DNA of 61,790 bases, counting the filler, from Sanchytrium tribonematis (lineage: Eukaryota): the NCBI GenBank assembly GCA_018985235.1. It is 9 parts of 9 records of this genome, joined end to end, with 100 filler letters (N's around TTAATTAATTAA, not from the genome) between each part and the next. Parts side by side here need not be neighbours in the genome. Positions count along the whole stretch, not along the records: positions 36,864 to 61,790 come from JADGIG010000070.1; 8 more parts are not named here. One strand, 5' to 3'. The translations under genes were made by a program, and so were the position numbers. Positions 52,947 through 61,790 of this stretch are shown piece by piece. Each line of letters starts with the position of its first letter. Positions within the stretch are counted from its first letter, which is position 1. The notes below the pieces were generated by a model. That model made no database searches. It was given only the letters and a program-made list of their open reading frames with translations, and had not been told where the DNA came from.

Positions 52947-54721
52947 TTAATTTATTGACAATGCTGTGACTATAAATTTCATAAATAAATAAAGATTGAA
53001 TAAAAATAAAAATATCAGAACTGCTAAAATAACTTCATCGATATTTAGTGACGAAATCCAAAAGGTGAATGCAACTTTCGCTTCCGTGATCTTGGAAATT
53101 TCTTCAACGCTTCCCTTTCGCTTTTTCTTCGCTTTAGATATGCCCTTGTCTATTTGGTCCAGCGCATCACTATAAAACTTCTTGACTCTATCGGATACTC
53201 GTTTATCAACTTTAGATTCTTGGAAAACTGTCTTCTTGTAGTCTACTCGAACACTTACGGACAATTTTGAATGCTTTCCCTCGTTTAAAATTTCTACCCT
53301 ATGAAGGGAAACATAATTTGGTACGTTTTGACTAGATGACACAGGTATACCAGAGCTTTGAATTTCCACCAAATACCTTTGTTAATATAAAATTACTTCT
53401 CATTTTCAACTGAATTTACGAGATAATGAATATCTGAAAATTTAAAAAGCTCGGTTGGGCGATTCACCTTGTAAGCAATAGTACGTGAATTGCATTTAGA
53501 TTGAGTACCTGATATAGTATCTTTGTAGAGTACCTCCGACCAGTGTGTTATTTCGAGGTCAATGGCACCCTGACTTTGTAAGGTTCGCTGTAAAAGTGGA
53601 GATTCGAATAGAAATCGGTAAATATACTTTGGTTTAAGCTTGATCAGCTTTTCAAAAACAATCATTTTAAATTGAGAACCGATGGGAAGATTTGACATAG
53701 AGGGTACACTTAGTAATGGCTTCAGTAATTTATCTACGTCGGGAGAACCGGGAACATAAGGTTTTGGTGAGGGACTATTTTTACCAATATCCTCCGCTAT
53801 AACATTTAGACTGTCCATAGTTTTGCTGATAGAGATAGAACTTTTTTGTCTTGGTTTGGTTTTTTCGGTAATTTGAGCCTGAATAGTAGCTAAACTTTTA
53901 CCCATGTTGGACCAAAAAGCTTTAACAGGATCATTTGGATTAAGCTGAAGTGCAGCTTGATTATCCTTCTTATCTTCGGAGGCTGATTTTATATCAATGA
54001 CATCTTCAAGAGCTTCTTTAATTTTCATTGGTGTATTTGCACTTTGGATCGTGGGGGATTTGCTCAAATCTATATCAGCACTTGCAATTCTAGAAATGCT
54101 TTCTTGTTCCCCCAATAGCTTTTCCTGTAGAGTTGATCCAATGTCGTCCTCCTCACTATTTTTTAAAGCATTTGTGACCGAAGATTTCGGAAACACAATT
54201 TCTTCTTGACTATTCGACATGTTAGGAATCTTGAGAGTGGATTCCCCAATAAGAGCCGCATACTCTTTACAAGAATCTTCCCAGTAGAGCTGCATTAATT
54301 TATGAGCAGCGTTCCTTTTTAAAAACGATACAAATGTGTAAAAATTTTGAGTAGTGTAAATCCTAATTGCGTTGGGAAATACACTTGCTGTATTTCTCTT
54401 TTCTATATTGACAATATCGTGCAAGTAAATTTTAATTTTTACAACATTTGCAGCATCCTGTCCAATATATCCTAAAATGGACTTGTTTACGATCAGTCTT
54501 CCCGTGTTGGTCGTATTCTCCAGGCAGCATGTAAATATTTGATTCATATCCAGCTCTTGTAGCTCAAATTCTAATCGCAATAATTCCAAATCAATTACGT
54601 CAATACCACTCTTTGTTTGGATTTCGTTCGGGGAATTTAAATCTGATTGCGAAGAAAATCTTCTATTCTTGTGTTGCTGTAAATCGGTTAAGGCATCAAT
54701 CGTTGGCGATAACGAGGACAT
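52947..54721 (-). CDS. GRAM + VASt (StARkin) + TM sterol-transfer protein (Lam/Ysp2/GRAMD1-like); complement(join(52947..53376,53397..54721))
   Basis: GRLIV...IEKRNTASVFPNAIRI...FVSFLKR (GRAM); ITHW..RTIAY. A 20-nt intron joins to the C-terminal part and TM. Confidence 0.82.
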
Positions 54722-55003
54722 TTTCTCTTGATTATGTATTTGATGGAAAGAAATTTGGGAGCTGTAACAAAGGAGGCGCCTCAATTTTAAACCCCTGCGA
54801 CTAGGATTTTTAAATGACCTTTTCAAAAAATTTACCAAAATGGTCCCCAGCACATAAATTTCATTTGCTGAAATAATGTAGAGTCAAGATCCAGATGGTT
54901 TCCATGAAATTGAACGATCATGCGAGTGACTGGTGCATTTTCAAACATGTGATTGACGACGCTATCATTTATAACGAAGCTGTGGCTCCAATGCAACCAA
55001 AAC

Positions 55004-56053
55004 ATGGCAACTCCTTTGAATTTACCAGAAGAGATTATTCTGAACATTTTAAGATTTAATCCGAGATCCATGTTCTTGCTAAACAAAGATTACACAAAAA
55101 AGTATTTGATGCCAAAATATGCAAAAGTTTACTATCAAAAGAATTGCATAATTCCGATATTTAAGAAAACAACTAGACGAAGTGTATTCAGATACGAGCA
55201 ATGGATTACGAATTTCGGATTTTTTTTTCATTTTGGAAAATATTCAAGAAATGATTTTGCTTGTTTTAAATATTTAACCAGGTGTTACACATTTGACATA
55301 TTTGTTCGTCATTCGGAATTACCCGATCAAGATTTTATGCTGTCCTTTGATGGTGCTTCAATGGATGAAATCATCGAAATTCTTAACAATATTAATACCG
55401 AATATGAAGAATTTCATACTTTATTGAAAAAATATGACTGGAAAAAATTATCAGGTCTACATGCACTAAATTTGGGAGATGCTTCTAGCCAGGAACTGAA
55501 AAATCTCACCAGATTGTCACTATTTTATGCTAATTGCTATGAACTAGAAAATTTATATTGCCCCAACATCAAAGAGCTTAAAATTCATGAATTTGAGTCC
55601 GTTTCAATTGACTGCCTCCATAAATCATTTCCAAATTTGGAATATCTAAAAGTCGGAGCAAATGATGCTATTAAATGTACTGAGTTGCCAGCAAAACTTA
55701 AAGCGCTCGAAGTGTCATTCATTCACAATAATATTACTTTACCTTCGTCTTTTAAAACAGTGGAACATTTGACAGTCAAAGTACCGTATCCTCATTTCGA
55801 CAAAACTTTGTTAGACGAAATGGTGAGACTTACTTCATTTAACCTTGTTGTTGGCAGACAGTTGGCCATTAGCAACAGAATGCTTTTTGATGACCAATAC
55901 CGCCTGTTTTCGTTTTCAAATTTTACAGTTGGAATCGTGGATGTCAAATACACATGCGATACAGCCATGGTTAAGCAATTGATGCAATTAATAGGAGTTG
56001 AAAAAACATTAGAAATTTCAAAGCTTATCTCAAGTCGAATTTATTCACGTTAA
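55004..56053 (+). CDS. F-box-like/LRR protein
   Basis: LNLPEEIILNIL, followed by LRR-like CPNIKELKI and FPNLEYLKV. Confidence 0.65.
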   Translation: MATPLNLPEEIILNILRFNPRSMFLLNKDYTKKYLMPKYAKVYYQKNCIIPIFKKTTRRSVFRYEQWITNFGFFFHFGKYSRNDFACFKYLTRCYTFDIFVRHSELPDQDFMLSFDGASMDEIIEILNNINTEYEEFHTLLKKYDWKKLSGLHALNLGDASSQELKNLTRLSLFYANCYELENLYCPNIKELKIHEFESVSIDCLHKSFPNLEYLKVGANDAIKCTELPAKLKALEVSFIHNNITLPSSFKTVEHLTVKVPYPHFDKTLLDEMVRLTSFNLVVGRQLAISNRMLFDDQYRLFSFSNFTVGIVDVKYTCDTAMVKQLMQLIGVEKTLEISKLISSRIYSR

Positions 56054-57805
56054 TTTCATACGAAGCGCTGTAGACTTTAAATCTTCCTTATCCTGCAATA
56101 AAACTATTGATACTTTAGATTTAAATGCCGAAAAATACATAGACTGTCCATTTTCGTTCTTATATTCCAAAATAAATGCAGAAAATGGTAGATTGGCTAC
56201 AACAGCTACAAATTCGGGTCTCAAGTTTTTGAAGTGGTTCAGTCCTTTGATCAAATTAACCAAAGAATTATAGTCAATTGGGATTACAAATGTTTCCTTA
56301 TATTCGTTAAGCATTCTTAATATATCTGGCAGAGATTCGTCATGAAATCGAGGTGCTTCCCTTAATTCCAGGTCCTCCGTTTTGTCTACCACCACTGAAC
56401 CACGCAATCCGCTGATTAATTTGCATCCGGAGTTAACTATGAATAGGGATACACTGTGTACGGCGACATTGTAACAAAATTCACTAAAATAAAAAAAGCC
56501 TCTATTTCTACCACCACTACTTACAGCTGTAAATCTATGGTTGGCATATTTTGTAAATGGAAACATTTCGCGCATTCTAGTATCTGCTTGGGAGTTTGGT
56601 TGTAGAAAAAAAGCCTGAAAATTATCAGCTCTTTGTATATACTCACGAAATAATCCAGAATTAAGCTCAGGCAATTTGTATTTGGCACGATACTCATCGA
56701 TCGGTTTTGTCTTGGGTCCATAATCTATCTCCTCAAGCTTTTCAAACAGACATACAAAGAATCCACCAGTATTATTGTCATGAGGATAAATTCGAACGCA
56801 ATCCTCTATATTGAAGTTCGAAATATCGCTACCTGGAAGCATAGCCTTTACTTTTGAAGCATTAGATTCTGTAATATAGTGCTTTGGAATTGTCCAGCTT
56901 TTAATTCCTTCGCGTGTCTTGAATTTCCCAAGAATATTTCTACATTTTACCAACTTTATTTTCCCGCCAAAATGCTTGAGCAAGTTATAAACCACAGCCT
57001 CATTTTCTACTGGATTCATTGAGCAGGTGCTATAAACCATTTTACCACCTACTTTTAACATATGAATTGCTCTAATAGCTATTGCCAATTGCATAGGATG
57101 TAATCCAATAGCGTCATTTGGACTCCAGCGATTCCAGACATTTACATTTTTTCGCGTCGTTCCATCACCCGAACAAGGTACATCACATAAAATTTTGTCA
57201 AAATACAAGGGTTCAACTTCACTAGAAGCATTTCTAAAATAGGGAAAAGGAAACTTCTGGCCATTATGACATGTAAATAATATATTACTAGGGCAAACCA
57301 CTTTAAGTTGATGAATAAGCATCGAAGCTCGTTTCTTATTTGCATCATTTGCAATTAATATGCCTGTACCATTTAGTGCTTCTGCGAGTTGGCTTGTTTT
57401 AGATCCAGGAGCCGAGCACATATCTAGTACCGCATCATTTTCCTTGACATCCAGAATAACAGGAGGAATCATGCTTACCGTTTCGGCTCTCCAGATTCCG
57501 CCAATATTAGTTTCTGCAGACACAAAGTCATATATGTCTGATTGTCTAAATTCTTTCTTTCCATATGGAGTTTGATATCCATGAGCTAGAAACGGTAGAG
57601 GTTTTAAATCTATTTTAGACTTTGTCCATTCGAGATGATTTTTCGTTAATCGAAACGATATAGGCAACAATTCTTGCATTATTTTAAACATTTCATCAAG
57701 CTCTTTTTCGTCAAGTAAATTTTGGCATTTGTAATATTCATAAAACTTTTTGTTTTCTCTGATTGTTGACCGATGATCCTGTTTGCGCTCTTTTTCGGAT
57801 GTCAT
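56045..57805 (-). CDS. NCL1: tRNA m5C methyltransferase (Trm4/Ncl1/NSUN2)
   Basis: VSMIPP, VLDMCSAPGSKT, ILCDVPCSGDGT, VYSTCSMNPVENE and PHDNNTGGFF. Confidence 0.94.
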   Translation of the reverse strand: MTSEKERKQDHRSTIRENKKFYEYYKCQNLLDEKELDEMFKIMQELLPISFRLTKNHLEWTKSKIDLKPLPFLAHGYQTPYGKKEFRQSDIYDFVSAETNIGGIWRAETVSMIPPVILDVKENDAVLDMCSAPGSKTSQLAEALNGTGILIANDANKKRASMLIHQLKVVCPSNILFTCHNGQKFPFPYFRNASSEVEPLYFDKILCDVPCSGDGTTRKNVNVWNRWSPNDAIGLHPMQLAIAIRAIHMLKVGGKMVYSTCSMNPVENEAVVYNLLKHFGGKIKLVKCRNILGKFKTREGIKSWTIPKHYITESNASKVKAMLPGSDISNFNIEDCVRIYPHDNNTGGFFVCLFEKLEEIDYGPKTKPIDEYRAKYKLPELNSGLFREYIQRADNFQAFFLQPNSQADTRMREMFPFTKYANHRFTAVSSGGRNRGFFYFSEFCYNVAVHSVSLFIVNSGCKLISGLRGSVVVDKTEDLELREAPRFHDESLPDILRMLNEYKETFVIPIDYNSLVNLIKGLNHFKNLRPEFVAVVANLPFSAFILEYKNENGQSMYFSAFKSKVSIVLLQDKEDLKSTALRMKLT

Positions 57806-57961
57806 TTTGTATGTTTACTCCTTATGAAACACTGACAATATATTTTTGTATAACTTCATTTTTTTGATATGAACTCCACTAATATTTATACTTAATATTA
57901 TGGGAAGTGGGAACAAATTTAAATGAATTCTTGAGAATTTTTTCTTCCCATTGGATAGAAA

Positions 57962-57983
57962 CACGTGATGGGGGTATAAAAAG
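57962..57983 (+). promoter_or_regulatory. Putative U3 promoter: E-box CACGTG and TATAAAAAG
   Basis: The TATA element begins about 29 nt upstream of the predicted U3 5' end. Confidence 0.55.
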
Positions 57984-58003
57984 AAATTAATCCCCAAAAA
58001 CTT

Positions 58004-58190
58004 AAGACCGTACTGTACAGGATACATGTATAGTTAATATCTAGTGTTTAGTCATCTGACTAGGTACCTTGATCAGCTCAGAAGGTGATATTTTCGTTGT
58101 AGAGAAGAGGGACAACTGCATTTAGCAATGGATGATCTTGCTCGTAGTCGTATGACATTAAGCATCTCTACAACGGTATCTGATGAGTTG
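58004..58190 (+). ncRNA. U3: U3 snoRNA (about 187 nt, intronless)
   Basis: 5' AAGACCGTACTGTACAGGATACATGTATAG resembles GAC/box A'/box A. Terminal stem CAGCTCA(58074-80)/TGAGTTG(58184-90) closes C'-like GAAGGTGA and box D CTGA. An 11-bp stem pairs 58095-105 with 58165-175. Box C-like GGATGA at 58130-35. Confidence 0.85.
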
Positions 58191-58316
58191 CCCTAATCAA
58201 TCTTTTTCTAATTAATAATCTTTTCTAACAGTCAAACCGCTCGATAACTTCAGTAGGCTCAAAAGATCACTATAAAATTTTAATCACAAAAGGAGTTCGA
58301 CGAAACAGTATCTTGA

Positions 58317-58619
58317 ATGATTGAACAACTCAAGAAAATTCCATTTGATTTAAGATTAAAAAGGTTAATATATAATTGCAGAAAAAGAGGGATTGTAGAG
58401 AACGAGTTGATTTTGAGCAATTACCTGAAGGAACACGATGTTTCTGAAAATGAAATTGACGACATGGAAAAGCTATTGATGAAACCAGATTGGACATTAT
58501 ACAGAGAATTGACTGGTACAGGTGGCGTTGGTCTTATGGAGAAGCTTCAGAAGTATACTCACCAACGAAGACCATTGCGAATGCCCGAACTTGAACTTTC
58601 GAAATATTCTAAACCATAA
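58317..58619 (+). CDS. SDH5: Succinate dehydrogenase assembly factor 2
   Basis: KRLIYNCRKRGIVENELIL...PDWTLY. Confidence 0.9.
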   Translation: MIEQLKKIPFDLRLKRLIYNCRKRGIVENELILSNYLKEHDVSENEIDDMEKLLMKPDWTLYRELTGTGGVGLMEKLQKYTHQRRPLRMPELELSKYSKP

Positions 58620-58626
58620 ATTTTAT

Positions 58627-59259
58627 TTAATTAGATCGCGTGGATTTTAGCTTCATTAAAATTGAAAGCCCGTCAGCTATAAAAGTGATGTATATAAGAT
58701 GTCCTAAGATGATCAACCAGGACGTATTTTCGCATGCTGTTTTCCATATCCTCTGATTACTGACTTGTGGATCTACTGAGGCTGTACACGCTATACCTCT
58801 TATATTGATCGGCCTGCTATCATTTGTTAGTGGGAATAGAAAGCCAATTGAAGAAACTGCCCAGATCAAGACGAAGGCAAAATCTATGAAGCAAGTGACT
58901 TTTAAAAATTCTCTACTAGACATTATCTCGAAAAGTCTTGTTTTCTTGCTTTCGGTTGAACCGCCTTGTTCTATCGTTTTAGAAATAGTAGCAACAAAGC
59001 GAAATAAAAGAAAAAATAAAGTTGTGTATACTAATGATACGATCGTCAGAGTGAATGTGAAATCTTGTCTAAACGTATAAACCTCAGAAGATGATGGATA
59101 CGAAGGCGAAGATAAGTCTCCGATATTTGCTTTCAAAATGCTTTCGTTTTCTTTAATCAAGATTATCATTGTCAGCGTAAATATTACTTGTAATATGTAA
59201 ATGAAAGGTCTCTTGTTGACTTTTCTGCTTTCCTCTGATTCCGAATCTTCTTCAAACAT
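58627..59259 (-). CDS. 4-TM (MARVEL-like) membrane protein
   Basis: Four hydrophobic helices; paralogous to its neighbour (YP...Y.FRQ.FT, CTAS...W..C). Confidence 0.7.
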   Translation of the reverse strand: MFEEDSESEESRKVNKRPFIYILQVIFTLTMIILIKENESILKANIGDLSSPSYPSSSEVYTFRQDFTFTLTIVSLVYTTLFFLLFRFVATISKTIEQGGSTESKKTRLFEIMSSREFLKVTCFIDFAFVLIWAVSSIGFLFPLTNDSRPINIRGIACTASVDPQVSNQRIWKTACENTSWLIILGHLIYITFIADGLSILMKLKSTRSN

Positions 59260-59324
59260 CTTTCGAATTGTGGCCTATCAACAAAAGCTACAAATGTGAC
59301 TAATTTATTCATATGATCCATTCT

Positions 59325-59957
59325 CTATTGACTTTTATTTAAGTAAAGCAAGCCGAAAATCCCGCTGGATAAATAGGATATGCTCAGCGTATATTCAATG
59401 ACAATCAAGCTATTGCAACTGTTGCAGATCTCCAGCCAAGGCTTAGGGTCTTGCAATCTATCATCCTGAGAAGCCGTGCAACTGACGCTCTTGACATCGA
59501 TTGGTGTGTCTTGATCTATTATAGGAAATAGAAACCCACTTGCAACTCCTACACATAAGAGAATCAGTAAAAAATCAATAATAACACCAGCCTTGGTTAT
59601 TAATTTGTTGGTTCTTGTATATCTTCTTTTTCTTAAATCTACGTCAAGACTGTCATCATCTTCGGAGGATTTCCCTGATTTTAATACTAAAAAGAAACCA
59701 CTTAACAATGCAGCATACAGTATACATAAAACAGACAATGCTAAAGTGAATTGCTGTCTGAATACGTATAATTGATCTCTGTTGGGATATAAGCTACTGG
59801 GCAGTTTATATAAGTTTCGACTGATTAAATTAAGATTATTTGTAGTTAAATAAACCGCCGATGCACTCAAAATAAGCTGGATAAGCTTAAAGCTCACTCT
59901 TTTATCGAAAGGTTCATTTGGATTCTCGTTTTCAATGATACTGGAATTTTCCGACAT
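59325..59957 (-). CDS. 4-TM (MARVEL-like) membrane protein, tandem paralog
   Basis: Same motifs and same length (210 aa) as 58627-59259. Confidence 0.7.
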   Translation of the reverse strand: MSENSSIIENENPNEPFDKRVSFKLIQLILSASAVYLTTNNLNLISRNLYKLPSSLYPNRDQLYVFRQQFTLALSVLCILYAALLSGFFLVLKSGKSSEDDDSLDVDLRKRRYTRTNKLITKAGVIIDFLLILLCVGVASGFLFPIIDQDTPIDVKSVSCTASQDDRLQDPKPWLEICNSCNSLIVIEYTLSISYLSSGIFGLLYLNKSQ

Positions 59958-60004
59958 TTTTGATTCAGTGATGTTTTTGACCCAAATAGAAATTTTAAAG
60001 AAAT

Positions 60005-61285
60005 TTATTCCTGCATAGATTCAAAGCTGTTTGTAGAGCTTGACTTTTTTAAGTCAGAAAATGGGTCTGCTTTTAGCTTAAGCATATTATCTACAGACTC
60101 AGGAGATTTCATTAATGTATCAATACAGGTTGGTAGATCACCTTCGTTTGTATCGACAATCATTGCATCTATTTCAGAGGTTTCTGGTTCTTTAGATTTA
60201 GTGTGACCAATAACTTTCACCAATTTGCTTGCATCCACGTTATTAGTGAAAGTTGTTTTTAAGGTATCAGAGGAAATCGTCCTTGAATTATTACCAGCTA
60301 ATGGTAAACTGAGGCTAGACACGTAGGGTGCTCGTTGATAGCTTAATTCTGGGCTATATCTTATCGGGCTACTGAAATCGCCCCCCTTTCTCTTGAACTT
60401 ATTAGGAGTCCTATTAAGAGTAATTTTTGGAGTTCTGCGAATAGGACTCTGAATAATGACTCGATCTTGCCTTATGGTTGGCTCTCTTTCCAAAATAGAT
60501 TCTTCGACGTCTTGCTTCAAGGCGTCAGCAGCAAATTGTTCCAATCTCTGATTTTGAAGCAGAAGTACCTCCTCACTATCATATGGCTTACCAACACAGA
60601 CCGGAGCAGATTGAGCCTCAGAATATGGCTTAGCCCCACCGGGTATACTGTATTCAAAAGTGGGACCAAAATTCACTTTTACCGCTCCACCTTTCCATAT
60701 TCCAATTGCAGGATAATATGTGCCTAAATACAGTGAGGGAAATCCCTTTACAATCTGTCCATTAATAAAGTAAGTTATTCTGCTCCCTTCTTTCCAAATC
60801 TCCACTTCTGGCTGATTTACCGTAGTACACCCATAAAGCTTCTTCGGATTCCACCTTCTGCTGATCAATATCGCTTCTTCTTCTTCAGTTTGACTATCAG
60901 GCAGTTCTATTAATATTCCTACAGTATCTCCAACTTTAAATCCGATTCTACTTTCAAAAGTTTCTCTGGCAATGGCTTGGTGGTATAAGCGACCCGTATT
61001 TGAAAATCCATATCCAAAACTATCATAGCCAGGGTAAGACTGGAGATCTGCACTTATTTGAGCAAATCCAACACGACAATGACCTTCTATCAATGTAATT
61101 TCATAATACCAGGATCCACTAATGAGTGCAAAATTTCCTTTTCCAGTTCTCCATCCCATGTTGTTTTTAATAACATTGGCTTCTCTTTGAATTTGGGGTG
61201 CTGAAAGAACATTTTCTTTGCTAATGGTGACAGGGTCAGTCAAGGTATTTTGTAAATCGCAATATAATTCGTAACGAAATGACAT
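60005..61285 (-). CDS. SPRY-domain protein, Ash2L/Bre2-like
   Basis: WYYEI..GHCRVGF...DLQSYPGYDSFGY; YYPAI...VKVNFGP.F. Confidence 0.78.
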   Translation of the reverse strand: MSFRYELYCDLQNTLTDPVTISKENVLSAPQIQREANVIKNNMGWRTGKGNFALISGSWYYEITLIEGHCRVGFAQISADLQSYPGYDSFGYGFSNTGRLYHQAIARETFESRIGFKVGDTVGILIELPDSQTEEEEAILISRRWNPKKLYGCTTVNQPEVEIWKEGSRITYFINGQIVKGFPSLYLGTYYPAIGIWKGGAVKVNFGPTFEYSIPGGAKPYSEAQSAPVCVGKPYDSEEVLLLQNQRLEQFAADALKQDVEESILEREPTIRQDRVIIQSPIRRTPKITLNRTPNKFKRKGGDFSSPIRYSPELSYQRAPYVSSLSLPLAGNNSRTISSDTLKTTFTNNVDASKLVKVIGHTKSKEPETSEIDAMIVDTNEGDLPTCIDTLMKSPESVDNMLKLKADPFSDLKKSSSTNSFESMQE

Positions 61286-61313
61286 ACAAGGAGATTTAAA
61301 GCTTTGCTAAAAT

Positions 61314-61733
61314 ATGACAAATGGAGCAATAAAACTCAGACTGCCCGATGAGATCTGGTCATTGATTTGTAACAATAGCTTCGAATTGGCGTGGAAGCTG
61401 CAACATCACAAATTGATGAGTCAAATATCTAAAAATTACCACGTTTCCATGACAATCAAGCTGCAAAATGGCAAATACATTTTCAATTTATACCGCGACA
61501 TTATATGGAGATTTAAATCTAGAAATTACGAAGGAATTATCGGACTTCAGTTAATACCTGATTTGTTCTTAAAGCAAGTACTGATGTGGACACTAGAAAT
61601 TGACAATATTGTTTTAAAATGTCCCGGAAACATAAGTGTTAAAGCATCTGACTTAGTGGATCTTTACACACGAATAGGGAAACCAATTTTTGTAAGCAAT
61701 TTTGAAAGCATTAAAGAAAACTCGCTGGCTTAA
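61314..61733 (+). CDS. Small F-box-like hypothetical protein
   Basis: LRLPDEIWSLI N-terminal motif. Confidence 0.45.
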   Translation: MTNGAIKLRLPDEIWSLICNNSFELAWKLQHHKLMSQISKNYHVSMTIKLQNGKYIFNLYRDIIWRFKSRNYEGIIGLQLIPDLFLKQVLMWTLEIDNIVLKCPGNISVKASDLVDLYTRIGKPIFVSNFESIKENSLA

Positions 61734-61790
61734 ATTTTAAAACCAATATACTTTAACTTCAAACTAAAGTAAAGATTAGCCCTGATTCTT

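Noticed and set aside
57815..58027. 70-aa minus-strand ORF
   Set aside because: No recognisable protein features; it overlaps the U3 promoter and 5' end on the opposite strand.

Overview
AT-rich, very gene-dense eukaryotic DNA, most consistent with an early-diverging zoosporic fungus (a sanchytrid-like parasite is my inference, not proven). The window is nine separate contigs joined by artificial 100-nt linkers (Ns + TTAATTAATTAA). The seven internal contigs fall in descending length order (4517 to 4493 nt), so adjacency across linkers is meaningless. Housekeeping genes include Sec11, Sgf29, a GT71 mannosyltransferase, calmodulin, Tom70, FEX, Rvs167, a USP, Vps34, CCT1, a Ypk/Gad8-type kinase, Nit1, Cbp3, Nop10, Bfr2, NSUN2/Trm4, Sdh5 and an Ash2/Bre2-like SPRY protein. 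A U3 snoRNA sits in a gap between genes. Expanded families include LRR-TM proteins, signal-peptide-like kinases, TM-RGS proteins, 4-TM proteins and F-box-like proteins. There are two mobile-element contigs. The strongest signals are: (1) seven 19-20 nt spliceosomal introns, all GTA...AG with an invariant A at -6; (2) microsporidia-like CCC motifs just before start codons and AATAAA overlapping stop codons; (3) an APE-RT-RNase H retrotransposon whose single ORF carries ubiquitin-like domain(s) and a hydrophobic helix before the endonuclease; (4) a GCM-like/MULE-like/Ulp1-protease ORF on the same contig as a 2OG-Fe(II) dioxygenase-zinc finger gene. All domain calls are by eye from motifs; no searches were run.
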